Virus record (IMG/VR): IMGVR_UViG_3300017761_002881
DNA from: an uncultured virus (IMG/VR IMGVR_UViG_3300017761_002881)
Lineage: Duplodnaviria > Heunggongvirae > Uroviricota > Caudoviricetes
Direction: 5' to 3' (one strand)
DNA: 64,000 nucleotides
Part shown: positions 37,700 through 47,441 of the stretch, piece after piece
How positions within the stretch are numbered: position 1 is the stretch's first letter
Layout: the number at the start of each line of letters is the position of its first letter
The notes under the pieces: model-generated
Told to the model about the DNA's origin: nothing
Database searches by the model: none
The model's input: the letters and a program-made list of their open reading frames with translations, nothing else
Translations under genes and position numbers: made by a program

Positions 37700-39562
37700 C
37701 TACGCAGAAACGATTTCACACGCTCCGCCGGCACAAGCTGCCTCTCCGCGCAAATTGGTAGCATCATCTAGTTCTACAATACGAGATAGATCAATATCCT
37801 TAAGTGATTGCATCATTTCATTGAAATGCTCTTCCGTACAATCTTCAAATGGTGCTTGAATATAACTACCTCCATCATACGGTAATACTGATAATCCATT
37901 ATAATGATCACGATTCTCCCACATCCATTGGCCGACCGCGTCCCACTCATGAGCTCGTAATGATACTGTCGCAGATACGTTATGTGTATTACTACCCGTA
38001 CGATGTCCTGTCTTAACCCATTCCAAGTGTACTCGTTTAATACGTTCCAACAATTGAATTGGAGATTCTGTTCTCAGTATTGCACCTGCAGGAGATTTTT
38101 GTGGTATACTAATTACTGCGGTATCATGAGGACGGAAATATTCATCTTCGACTAGTTCTGGATGATATATAGCTAAGTATTGATAGATAGCTTCATTCTT
38201 TCCAACACGTATACGACGTACATAAAAATCATTATGCCATGCATGAATACCGGAACTAGTTCCTAATGCTAACGATGTAGTACCTGCAGGCTTAACAGTT
38301 GTTGTACGAGCCGACTTATTGATATCTAATATTTCTGCTACACGAGCATTTTCTTCTTTTACAATCTTAGCCGACTGTTTCATATCATAGCCCAATACTG
38401 TACCAGAACCAATACCCGTCATAGATACGCCAATCAATGCATCCTTTTCAGTAGTACGTTTCCAGATTGGTCGTAGATAATGAAAATCAGTATAACCTGC
38501 TTGGAGTGTACCAATAAAAGCAGCTGCCTTTACTCGCGCATTAAGATCTTCTTGCGATACAATATCTGACACATTAACTTCGCATAAGTTACAGAATTGG
38601 AATGGACGTAGTGCAATTTCGCAACATGGATTAGTTCCCCAATCTTTATCATTACTAAGATAAATTCCAGGCTCACCAGCACCCGATGCCTCTACACGTT
38701 TCCAAAGATCCATAAAATATTCCTTTGTAAGTTTATGGCGCATCAATACTGCCGAGTTATTGGCGCGGCCGCGTTGTGGATTTAACTCCCACCAAGCACC
38801 AGACTTACAAGAAATCATTTCATCATCATCAGCTGAAAAAAGCGATATAAGGGCAGCACGACGAATACCACCAGCCAATACAGCATCAGCAATGTGGCAT
38901 ACGATATCATGTACTTCAATCGGCGAAAGCTTTTCGCCATCTTGTTTTGCATCTAAAATACCTTGAACTTTAATCAAACATTCTTTAAGAGGTTGAGCCC
39001 CTGGAGCTTTACCACCCGATGTAACTAGACGTGCACCTTTTGCACGGATATCAGAAAAATCAAATTTAAGTTTAGACCCGCCGGTAAAATAGCTTTTTAC
39101 TAATAATTTTACTGCATCTGCCCATCCTTCAATACTATCGGCGATTAAATATCTTCGTTCACGATCTGCCTTTGGCTTATGTATTTCTGGCAATTGTTCT
39201 ATATGATGTCGTTGCACACTATATCCTACACCAGTACCGCCGAGTAAAAGAAACATTACTTCGCCGAATGCTCTCCAATCATCTATAGGTAAATATGCAC
39301 AATTGTAAATTCTGTTAGGAGATATTTCAATAGGCTTACCACCAAATTGCAAACTACGCATAGACGGTAATACTTTTTTATTGTAAACCATTTGATACAC
39401 GTCTTCAATTTCTTTGGCTAATGCAGGATACTTTTTTATATGCATTTCCTTGTTACGAGTAACTAATTCTTCCCAAGTTTCTCTACGCTGAAGTTCTGGT
39501 ATGTACTTAGCGTATTTCATGTAGACGGTAATGTCGGAGAGTATCCGATTTGAAATATCCAT
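37700..39562 (-). CDS. nrdJ: Class II (adenosylcobalamin-dependent) ribonucleotide reductase
   Basis: LPSMRSL, YNCAY, GTGVG, GGIRRAALI, TNPCCEI, CNL, VKPAGTTS, C-terminal CAGGACEI. Confidence 0.92.
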   Translation of the reverse strand: MDISNRILSDITVYMKYAKYIPELQRRETWEELVTRNKEMHIKKYPALAKEIEDVYQMVYNKKVLPSMRSLQFGGKPIEISPNRIYNCAYLPIDDWRAFGEVMFLLLGGTGVGYSVQRHHIEQLPEIHKPKADRERRYLIADSIEGWADAVKLLVKSYFTGGSKLKFDFSDIRAKGARLVTSGGKAPGAQPLKECLIKVQGILDAKQDGEKLSPIEVHDIVCHIADAVLAGGIRRAALISLFSADDDEMISCKSGAWWELNPQRGRANNSAVLMRHKLTKEYFMDLWKRVEASGAGEPGIYLSNDKDWGTNPCCEIALRPFQFCNLCEVNVSDIVSQEDLNARVKAAAFIGTLQAGYTDFHYLRPIWKRTTEKDALIGVSMTGIGSGTVLGYDMKQSAKIVKEENARVAEILDINKSARTTTVKPAGTTSLALGTSSGIHAWHNDFYVRRIRVGKNEAIYQYLAIYHPELVEDEYFRPHDTAVISIPQKSPAGAILRTESPIQLLERIKRVHLEWVKTGHRTGSNTHNVSATVSLRAHEWDAVGQWMWENRDHYNGLSVLPYDGGSYIQAPFEDCTEEHFNEMMQSLKDIDLSRIVELDDATNLRGEAACAGGACEIVSA

Positions 39563-39698
39563 AATGTTTCCTTAAATATTTTGTTTAATAAGAGTAAAAA
39601 TGTAACTTGTTGAAAGTTACTAATTTCAAGTAATATACCAATAAATATACACTTGACCTAGCACACATCAGCGCTTTTGATATAAAATTAATCATTTT

Positions 39699-41054
39699 TT
39701 ATTCAAAGTCTGAACCGTTAATTTCCTTGAATTTTTGCGAAAGCATCTTACGCGCAAGTTCGTTTCCATTTTCCATTTGCTTTTTAGCATCCTTACCTTG
39801 CACAGATGTATCTGCGTATATGTTAATTTGACCAGTACTGGTATTCATTTTGCTAGGTAATGTAATACCGTCAGGGCCGAATCGATTTTTAATTACGTGC
39901 CACCTTCCGGTACCTGCCAATTTATCTTGCACTTTACGAGACAATGATATTACGAAGTCAGCAACCATTACTTTACCATATGACTCTGCAATCTTCTCTG
40001 CTCCAATAACATCTTCTTCCAATGCCGATCTATTTGCTTGAGATGCTGTCCATACAGGCACTTCATATTCTCCCGCCAATCCTCTTAGGTCTTCATATAT
40101 ACCTTCCAGTTCATGGCGCTTCTCTGCTCCAGTACCTCGCAACAAATCCGCATAATCGACTATGATAACATCAGGTTTAACTCCTTGCATAATACATTTT
40201 TCTATATGAGCACGTAAACCCATTACCGAACATGTTTTAGTTGGATAGTACTTGATAACTAATTTACCTTCCAATTTACCAAGATCTGATTTAACTTGAT
40301 CTTGATAATGCTTAAGATTTTGATTAGGTATGCCCGTTACAACCGAGTCATATCGCAGTCCGACATACGCTGCATTTAACTCTAAAGTATAATGTATAAC
40401 TGTCATTCCTTTCTTAACAGCATGGGCTCCAATATTAATAAGACCCCATGACTTACCGATACCTGCAGGCGCTACAAATACACCTAATTCACCTTTACCT
40501 AATCCACCCGATGTTAATTCATTGACAACATCCCATGGAGTTTCTTTTGTAAATCTAACTGATTCAGTATATCGTTCATCAATATCAGCCATATAGTCAT
40601 GCCCAATCTCTTTATCTCCGCCTGACTTTAATGCTTTATCGATTGCAGATTTGATATCATCATACTTACCTATCTTTAATAATTCAACAGATGATAAGAT
40701 AGCTTTTTTAATTTCTTGATTCTTACAAAAATCTAATGCCTGCTGTTTAATAAAATCCAAGTCCGTAGCCTCGGTATATTTCCAAGCATCTTTTAAATGT
40801 TCTTTGATCTGAGTCTTGAGTACATCATCTTCTACTTCATGAAGTTTAACTTTCATTACTTCTAATGTAGCTGATGTTTTATATTCTTTATGATAATCTA
40901 AAATGGTTTGTACTACCCATTCATTAGCATCACTTTCAAAATATTTAGGGACTAGTATATCCGCAATCTGTTGCAAGAATCCTTTATCCGTAAATAAAGC
41001 CGTAATGACTTTTATTTGAAAGGAATATCCATAACTACTTAATCTATCGGTCAT
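39699..41054 (-). CDS. Replicative helicase (DnaB/T4 gp41-like)
   Basis: APAGIGKS Walker A, TLEL, IIVDYADLL, WTASQANR, KNRFG. Confidence 0.93.
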   Translation of the reverse strand: MTDRLSSYGYSFQIKVITALFTDKGFLQQIADILVPKYFESDANEWVVQTILDYHKEYKTSATLEVMKVKLHEVEDDVLKTQIKEHLKDAWKYTEATDLDFIKQQALDFCKNQEIKKAILSSVELLKIGKYDDIKSAIDKALKSGGDKEIGHDYMADIDERYTESVRFTKETPWDVVNELTSGGLGKGELGVFVAPAGIGKSWGLINIGAHAVKKGMTVIHYTLELNAAYVGLRYDSVVTGIPNQNLKHYQDQVKSDLGKLEGKLVIKYYPTKTCSVMGLRAHIEKCIMQGVKPDVIIVDYADLLRGTGAEKRHELEGIYEDLRGLAGEYEVPVWTASQANRSALEEDVIGAEKIAESYGKVMVADFVISLSRKVQDKLAGTGRWHVIKNRFGPDGITLPSKMNTSTGQINIYADTSVQGKDAKKQMENGNELARKMLSQKFKEINGSDFE

Positions 41055-41088
41055 ACTTAATTATAATAACAATTTTATAGAAATCAAA
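41055..41088 (-). promoter_or_regulatory. Sigma70-like promoter TTTGAT-N17-TATAAT-TAAGT-ATG (probably leaderless)
   Basis: Same motif family. Confidence 0.68.
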
Positions 41089-42130
41089 TGCTTGCGTAAG
41101 CATTTAGCGCGTTAAATGTAACTAACCAAGAATCGACATCCTTTATAATAGTATACATTTTATCAGTCATAAACATTTTCTTAAACTCAAACACATTAGT
41201 TCTTGATACATGAGTTCGTACTAAATCTACAACTAATAGTTTTGCATTACCTGAAATATCAACTTCTTTAAGTTGCATTAGGTTATGATTTAACCGTAAT
41301 TGTTGTTCATTACTAATAATAGATTCATGTACGTTATGTCGTTTGTCTAACGACTTAGAATACTCAACCATATTGTCAATATCTACTTCACGATCTTCTT
41401 GTAACAACGGAAAATGTTTAATCAATGTCTTTAGTCCTACTCCGCGCAAACCAGGAATATTATCTGATTTATCGCCGGTTACAGCCCTATACAACAAGTA
41501 ATTCTTAGAAGGTAACCCTATTTCTTCTCGTAACACTTCAGGCGTATATAGAATCTTTTTAATAGGACTCCATACGTTAATGCGATGATTTACTAATTGC
41601 AAAAAGTCACGGTCTGTCGATACAATTGTAACTTTATTGTCTTCATGAGTGAATATCTCATTGGCAATATATGCAATAACGTCATCAGCCTCAACATTAT
41701 CAATTGATATAGTAGTGATAGGTAAACATTGCAGATACTCAATCATTCTACCAAATTGCCGTTTCATCGATTCCGATTCATCTTCTAAATTGGCAAACTC
41801 TTGATATCTGTTGAATTGAGTTTTTACTGCACGATTACTTTTATAGTTAGAATATAACTTTTTACGTCGTGCAGATCCACCCTTACCATCAAATACTATG
41901 ATACATCGAGTAGGTTTTATTTGCCGGATAGTGGCGGCGACGGACCGTAAAAAGCCCGTCACTCCACCAATATGCTCACCATCATCATTTAAAGCAGGCA
42001 CTGCTGAAAATACTCTGATGAATGTATTTAATCCGTCAATAACCAACACATGACTATCTCGATTTCTGTTTTGAGATTCGGCATGCTCTTGTGTAACTTG
42101 TTTAAATATCTCTAAATATTTATTGCTCAT
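41084..42130 (-). CDS. 5'-3' exonuclease / RNase H (FEN family, T4 rnh-like)
   Basis: IDGLN, VFDG, YKSNR, EADDVIA, STDRDFLQL, GDKSDNIPG..GVG.KT. Confidence 0.93.
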   Translation of the reverse strand: MSNKYLEIFKQVTQEHAESQNRNRDSHVLVIDGLNTFIRVFSAVPALNDDGEHIGGVTGFLRSVAATIRQIKPTRCIIVFDGKGGSARRKKLYSNYKSNRAVKTQFNRYQEFANLEDESESMKRQFGRMIEYLQCLPITTISIDNVEADDVIAYIANEIFTHEDNKVTIVSTDRDFLQLVNHRINVWSPIKKILYTPEVLREEIGLPSKNYLLYRAVTGDKSDNIPGLRGVGLKTLIKHFPLLQEDREVDIDNMVEYSKSLDKRHNVHESIISNEQQLRLNHNLMQLKEVDISGNAKLLVVDLVRTHVSRTNVFEFKKMFMTDKMYTIIKDVDSWLVTFNALNAYASI

Positions 42131-43266
42131 GATTCTTCATTAATAAAGTCCTCAGCTACAGTAATGTCATCGATACCTATAGCACCAGTCTGGTACTTAA
42201 AGATATATACATCGCAAACAGCTTTATATATTTCTTCTTTCAGTGCCGGATCTGATTCTAATGCTCCATGGAAGTCTTTTGAAAGAAACTTTACTGGAGT
42301 ACCATCAAGCTTGGTATATGTATACCATGCACCTGCCTGTGATACTAGTTTGTAATCTTTCATTACTTCAAGCCATCCACCGTAATTGTCAATACCAGAT
42401 TCAAAGTAAATATCATAATCTATAGACTTCAATGGAGGTCCCATACGATTTTTAATAACTTGTGCTCTAGTCTTGATACCTACAATTTGTTCAATACCTT
42501 TAGAATCTTTAGCTTTGATTTGTCCTACTGACTTGAGTCGCAGACGTACTGATGCATGGAACGGAATGGCTTTACCTCCCGATGTTGTCCATGGATCTCC
42601 AAAACTAACTCCTAGGCGAGAACGCAATTGATTGGTAAATATCAAACAAATCTTTTCACGCGCAATCATATTAGTAATTTTACGCATACCTTTTGATAAG
42701 ATAATGGCTTTGGAAGTTGCCCATCCATCCTTATCAAATTCTGCAGCCATTTCAATCTTAGTAGATGCGCCCATTACTGAGTCAACTACTATAGTAACCA
42801 ATCGATCTTTGTTAGCCTTACGTACTGATTCAACAATTGTTTCGATTGCTTCAAATATATCTTCCATTGTCTCTAATGGAGTATATAGCATTTTTTCTAA
42901 ATCGACACCAATTGCTTGCAAAAATTCTCGGCTAACAGCACTTTCTGTATCTATATATACAGCTAATCCACCTTGCCGTTGTGTATCGGCTAACGCATGA
43001 GTAGCTAACAATGACTTACCAGAAGCTTCTAGTCCAGTTATCTCAGTGATACGGCCAATCGGAAATCCTCCATTAGGTCGATTAGAGATTGCTAAATCTA
43101 GCATAGATGACCCCGTACCTACCCAACCGGATACATTTGAAGGGGAATCTTCATCCCCCTCCAAAAAGTATGCAGTTTTATATCCGGAGCCTTTAAACTT
43201 CTTATTTAAGTTGTTAGCTAATTCACCCGCCAATTCATCGGCCAGTTCACTCTTTGTCGTTGACAT
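42127..43266 (-). CDS. RecA/UvsX recombinase
   Basis: GRITEITGLEASGKS, YIDTE, VVDSV, FTNQLR, TTSGGKAIPFHASVRL. Confidence 0.95.
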   Translation of the reverse strand: MSTTKSELADELAGELANNLNKKFKGSGYKTAYFLEGDEDSPSNVSGWVGTGSSMLDLAISNRPNGGFPIGRITEITGLEASGKSLLATHALADTQRQGGLAVYIDTESAVSREFLQAIGVDLEKMLYTPLETMEDIFEAIETIVESVRKANKDRLVTIVVDSVMGASTKIEMAAEFDKDGWATSKAIILSKGMRKITNMIAREKICLIFTNQLRSRLGVSFGDPWTTSGGKAIPFHASVRLRLKSVGQIKAKDSKGIEQIVGIKTRAQVIKNRMGPPLKSIDYDIYFESGIDNYGGWLEVMKDYKLVSQAGAWYTYTKLDGTPVKFLSKDFHGALESDPALKEEIYKAVCDVYIFKYQTGAIGIDDITVAEDFINEES

Positions 43267-43282
43267 TTATAACTCCTTTAAA

Positions 43283-44074
43283 TTAAGAAAATAATTCGTC
43301 GAATGCGTCTTCGATATCGTTTACAGAATTAACACCGCCTGTAAATGATGTATTAGGCTTTAAAGCTGATCCTGCAGCCGATCCTGCATCTGCCACTGAA
43401 GCATTTGCATTATCAGATTCTGTTTCTTCGCTAGGGTTCAACCAAGCTTCCAAGGCTTCTTTCAATTCGTCATATGTAGGTTCTTTAAATACCTCTGACA
43501 AATTAGCTTGCTGCTGAGCTACCTTTTCTGCAATAGCACGATCAGCCGTCAATGGAGTAGTATTAGGCTTAACACGAATTGTTGTTTTAGGATATGAACC
43601 TGCACCTTCTGATGGTATAAACTCTACTACAATATCACGGCCGTTACTCGGATCCGTCAAATCGCCGTAATCAGGATCTGCAATAAATCCTAACAGTTCT
43701 GTATAAACTGTCTTACCAAAACCCCAAAACTTAACACCTTCGCTTTCTTTACCACGTACAACGATTGGCACATAGCATCGCATTTTAGGCTCAAGTTTCT
43801 TACCTAGTTTCCATTCATCTGAATTTCCAGATGCCTTAAGCTTCTCTGCAAATTCAACTACTGGATCGGCATTGCCATGCGTAATTGGTGATAGATAATT
43901 CTTTTTTCCTAGATCGTAATGGAAATACAATTCTTGGAATGGATTGTCTTTGTTATGTTGATAAGGGACAATCCTAATTTGTTGTTTACCTGGCTCAGGC
44001 TTCCAAAGAAAATCCTGACGCTTTGTTTGTGACTGTAACTGATTAAGTTTTCTTTTAATTGCTTCTAAATCCAT
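43283..44074 (-). CDS. Single-stranded DNA-binding protein (T4 gp32-like)
   Basis: IRIVP, FWGFGKTVY, D.SNGRD, acidic tail ending DAFDELFS; next to the recombinase. Confidence 0.82.
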   Translation of the reverse strand: MDLEAIKRKLNQLQSQTKRQDFLWKPEPGKQQIRIVPYQHNKDNPFQELYFHYDLGKKNYLSPITHGNADPVVEFAEKLKASGNSDEWKLGKKLEPKMRCYVPIVVRGKESEGVKFWGFGKTVYTELLGFIADPDYGDLTDPSNGRDIVVEFIPSEGAGSYPKTTIRVKPNTTPLTADRAIAEKVAQQQANLSEVFKEPTYDELKEALEAWLNPSEETESDNANASVADAGSAAGSALKPNTSFTGGVNSVNDIEDAFDELFS

Positions 44075-44086
44075 AATGAACTCCTT

Positions 44087-44107
44087 TGTTAATTGTTAAT
44101 TGTTAAT
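44087..44107 (-). repeat. Three tandem ATTAACA 7-mers directly 5' of the SSB ribosome-binding site
   Basis: tgttaat x3 on the + strand, then AAGGAG RBS on the - strand. Confidence 0.8.
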
Positions 44108-44118
44108 AAAAATCTATT

Positions 44119-44152
44119 ACTTAATTATAAGTGAATTGATCAACAAATCCTA
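44119..44152 (-). promoter_or_regulatory. Sigma70-like promoter TAGGAT-N17-TATAAT-TAAGT
   Basis: Same motif family, upstream of the SSB-recombinase-exonuclease run. Confidence 0.7.
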
Positions 44153-44211
44153 GAGAAATGTTGAAAAAGTTATTTGTCAATTGTTATTTGTTTAATTAGC
44201 ACGGAACGAAA

Positions 44212-45069
44212 TTACATACGTTCCATATCAGCCTGATCCTGATACCATACAGCATATGCTTGGCAAATTTCTAGGATATAATCATCTAGTAAGGTCATCT
44301 CTTGTTTTTCAACGCCATTATCTCGCATCCATGTTACGATATTTTGTTTAGCTGCGCGTAAGTCAGAATCTTGTTCTGTCTCTTTTAGCCATAATCCTTC
44401 ATTTAACATTTTACGAACTTCTTCGCGAATGACTTGCTGTAGTTCTGATTTTTTCATATTATTTTCCTTTATTTTTTCCGGATAGTTATTTTTCTGATCA
44501 GATGGTGCGAACTGTTTCCATATCGTCTCTCCATCTGTTTGCAATCCCATTTTATTTATTTGTAATATAATATTGCGAATAGACTCCCATTCTTGACTAC
44601 CACGTTTATAATATCTAGAATCATCACTATACTGATAATTCCAATCATGAGATTTAAGTTCCTGGCCTAGTTGTTTTAACAAGGTAGCGGCATCTGATTC
44701 TGCTAGTTTACCTTCCATTTTACGTAGCGTATCTTTATTATAAGTTTTAAATTCCCCACGACCCTTCATCATGTTCTTAAGTTTACCCTTCATAACATGC
44801 TCATTGTCTCCACCCATTTCAATTTTCATTTCCTCTGGACGAAGTAAAGGTATAAACTTAATAACTGTTTTTTTACCAGTCATAGGATCTTGTACATGTA
44901 TAACATCTATTTTCTTAGTAACAATTTGTTTCGTGGCCGGGTCGGCGAATTTACGAGACTCTGTGTCAAATTCTGAACGATAATCTCGTGCAGTTTCAAA
45001 CCATGTCATGACATCTTCTATGATATCATTTAAATGTTTGGGTGATTTTGCTACTATTCTATATGCCAT
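44212..45069 (-). CDS. Hypothetical protein
   Basis: 285-aa ORF; TATTTATA at 45076-45083; HDWNYQYSDD segment; internal MKKSELQQVIREEV. Confidence 0.72.
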   Translation of the reverse strand: MAYRIVAKSPKHLNDIIEDVMTWFETARDYRSEFDTESRKFADPATKQIVTKKIDVIHVQDPMTGKKTVIKFIPLLRPEEMKIEMGGDNEHVMKGKLKNMMKGRGEFKTYNKDTLRKMEGKLAESDAATLLKQLGQELKSHDWNYQYSDDSRYYKRGSQEWESIRNIILQINKMGLQTDGETIWKQFAPSDQKNNYPEKIKENNMKKSELQQVIREEVRKMLNEGLWLKETEQDSDLRAAKQNIVTWMRDNGVEKQEMTLLDDYILEICQAYAVWYQDQADMERM

Positions 45070-45088
45070 ATCTTATATAAATATATTA

Positions 45089-45475
45089 TTATAAATCAAT
45101 TCTTTTGAATAATTGTAATTTTACGTGTCGTAATACATCACCATTAGTTAATAACAATGAATTATTATATAATGGCCAATTGATAATGTAAGTCTTATCT
45201 AATATACCATTGTTAGCTTCACGTATAATAGTGTTAAGCGCGTTAACGGTATACATGGTATTGGTTTCTTTTTTACGATGTATCAGTATGGTATTCGGTA
45301 TACGTTTAGTATCAGCTGTCTCTACATTATATGTAACATAGCAATCTGAACGCATTTCAGCATCTGAAAATACAAACATTCGGCGTTCGCCGATGATGTA
45401 CGATGCTACGATATAATCAACAATTATATCTAAATCCGTACGGTGTGCAAATGTGCATAATAGTTGTGGCTTCAC
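45089..45475 (-). CDS. Conserved phage hypothetical protein
   Basis: QLLCTF, HRKKETNTMYTVNALN; start GTG with AGGA RBS. Confidence 0.72.
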   Translation of the reverse strand: MKPQLLCTFAHRTDLDIIVDYIVASYIIGERRMFVFSDAEMRSDCYVTYNVETADTKRIPNTILIHRKKETNTMYTVNALNTIIREANNGILDKTYIINWPLYNNSLLLTNGDVLRHVKLQLFKRIDL

Positions 45476-45488
45476 TCATCATCCTTAA

Positions 45489-46874
45489 TTATCCTAAAGC
45501 TATCTGCGCTTTAATAAATTCATATTTACTAGCTAATTTTCCTATCATCATCTTACCCATATTTTGAGAAATTGCATAGATAATAAAATCTTTCGGATAA
45601 CCTAAATATGGTTTTGGATCGCCCGATAAATAATAAACAAACCCAGGCAATCCATCATCAGTAAAATATGCACGCTTACGCTCATTAAAGTCTTGCGGTA
45701 AAAGATCTGGATTTTGTACTAACGACGACTTTATAATTTTAAGTACGTTATATAAAAATATTCTAGTATCTTGTTTTGCAGGTGTTGATACTTTAATAGT
45801 CACTTCTTGATCAGGCTTAGCTTTTTGTATTTTAGATGCATCATCTTTACTAATAAAAAATTCACCTTCAGCTTTAGATGTCTGAACTATTAACTTTGCA
45901 TTGTTAATTAAATCTTTGTTTTTAGAAAGTAACTTTCCTAAGTTATTTAATTCTTTATATCCTAGATAATGTAACTCAATTACTCCGCTAGGCAATTCAG
46001 CTGCTTTCGACACGCGATCAAAAAAGTTTTCTCCGCCTGCATCCTCTTCACCCTTTTTCTTTTTAAATCCATCGCCACGAAAATTAACTGTTAATATTTT
46101 CATGAACTCATCAGCTAACTTCTCCGAATTGAATATCTTATTAAGATTTTCTATAATATCCGCATCTTCACCACTATTCAATCCGATACTTTCTAATAAC
46201 TCATAAAACTTTTTAGTTTCTCTAACGTATGTAAACTTACCACCGAACCCAGATTTGGCCATACGTATATTATCTGGATCTTCTTTTACTTCCCATGTAG
46301 CATCAGGTAAGATTAAATCCTTTTGTTCAGTACCACCTGACTCTGCTCCTTGAATAGCTAACACAGCCATCATTTCTCCACGACCCATCCCTTGGGGCGC
46401 GATATCGAAAAATTCTTTAAAATTTTCCCATCCGCCATTAATATACTGTTTCAATGTATATGATTGAAATAATTTATTCCATAAGGCTTGTTGTTTTGTA
46501 GTACTTGACGTTACAATGCTTTGTATTTTACGGTAAGCTTCGTCACGTATAGTGCCATTATCTTGTACTTTTTGTAAAAACTGTTGACCGGCTGGAGATA
46601 ACTTAGCTTCTGTAATGACAGGTTTAAATTCGCCATTATTATATTCATTGACAACTTGATCTAGAATTTGAAGTTCTTTGTCACTATATGGTTGTTCTGC
46701 ATAACCTTTTGGTAAACGATAAAACCATTCCGCGATAATAGCGTCCCAATCCATGTTAGGCTTTTCCGTTACAGGCTCACTAACAGACTCTGTGAGTTGC
46801 TCGGGTTGTTTTGCAACATCTTCGTTTAGAAGATTGTCTAGATCAATAGTCTTAACCGAAATATCTTTCTTCAT
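45489..46874 (-). CDS. Hypothetical protein with a possible PD-(D/E)XK nuclease-like core
   Basis: Probable start MKKDISV; GRGE...DLILPDATWEVK pattern. Confidence 0.6.
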   Translation of the reverse strand: MKKDISVKTIDLDNLLNEDVAKQPEQLTESVSEPVTEKPNMDWDAIIAEWFYRLPKGYAEQPYSDKELQILDQVVNEYNNGEFKPVITEAKLSPAGQQFLQKVQDNGTIRDEAYRKIQSIVTSSTTKQQALWNKLFQSYTLKQYINGGWENFKEFFDIAPQGMGRGEMMAVLAIQGAESGGTEQKDLILPDATWEVKEDPDNIRMAKSGFGGKFTYVRETKKFYELLESIGLNSGEDADIIENLNKIFNSEKLADEFMKILTVNFRGDGFKKKKGEEDAGGENFFDRVSKAAELPSGVIELHYLGYKELNNLGKLLSKNKDLINNAKLIVQTSKAEGEFFISKDDASKIQKAKPDQEVTIKVSTPAKQDTRIFLYNVLKIIKSSLVQNPDLLPQDFNERKRAYFTDDGLPGFVYYLSGDPKPYLGYPKDFIIYAISQNMGKMMIGKLASKYEFIKAQIALG

Positions 46875-47400
46875 AATGTAACAAATCCAATTTGTTTGAC
46901 ACATCTATCAATTGTGCTGCATTTAATAGATCCGATGTTTCTGCAATAGAAGCTGTTTGTATATCTACAAATTCCTGTAGGAAATTAAATGTCATTAAGT
47001 GTTGCTGGAACACTGATGCAGCCCATGTCATATACTTATCGCCTAACTGATATTCGATGGCATATGCTTTGTTAACTGTATCTATCAAATGGGCAAATTC
47101 TCCAGAAAATCTAACTGCCGGAAGTACGGGAGTAGCATTCCAATCTACAAGATACTTTTGTAGTTTTTCAGCATGTTCTAATTCCGCTGCCGCTTCTCCA
47201 GCATAAAATGCAGCCGCCTTTGTATAACCTACACCAGCACACCAGTTAGCAGCTCCACGATAAAAATAGTGAGCTGAATACTCTTCTGCAATTGCAGAAT
47301 TTAATAGATCCACTAGATCCGTAGTAAGTGTCTTTGGTAAAATAATGCCGTCTTGTGTCGATACAACATTTTGTACGATCGACTTTGGTAACTCTGTCAT
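46852..47400 (-). CDS. Ferritin
   Basis: LNSAIAEEYSAHYFY, ELEHAEKL..YL, AYAIE, FLQEFVDIQ; TATTTATA upstream. Confidence 0.85.
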   Translation of the reverse strand: MTELPKSIVQNVVSTQDGIILPKTLTTDLVDLLNSAIAEEYSAHYFYRGAANWCAGVGYTKAAAFYAGEAAAELEHAEKLQKYLVDWNATPVLPAVRFSGEFAHLIDTVNKAYAIEYQLGDKYMTWAASVFQQHLMTFNFLQEFVDIQTASIAETSDLLNAAQLIDVSNKLDLLHYEERYFG

Positions 47401-47414
47401 GATGCTTTTTTATT

Positions 47415-47440
47415 TATAAATATTAGTATACGTATAAATA
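47415..47440 (-). promoter_or_regulatory. Two TATTTATA putative late-promoter motifs
   Basis: + strand TATAAATA at 47415-47422 and 47433-47440, upstream of ferritin. Confidence 0.55.
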
Positions 47441-47441
47441 T

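Noticed and set aside
39563..39698. Intergenic region upstream of nrdJ with a short inverted repeat (GTAACTT...AAGTTAC), considered as a cobalamin riboswitch, NrdR box or tRNA
   Set aside because: Too short and AT-rich, with no B12-box, NrdR consensus or cloverleaf; the 7-bp stem may be chance.
29625..43266. Inteins or group I introns in PolB, NrdJ, helicase or RecA
   Set aside because: Protein lengths are normal, motifs are contiguous, and no splice-junction or homing-endonuclease motifs are seen.
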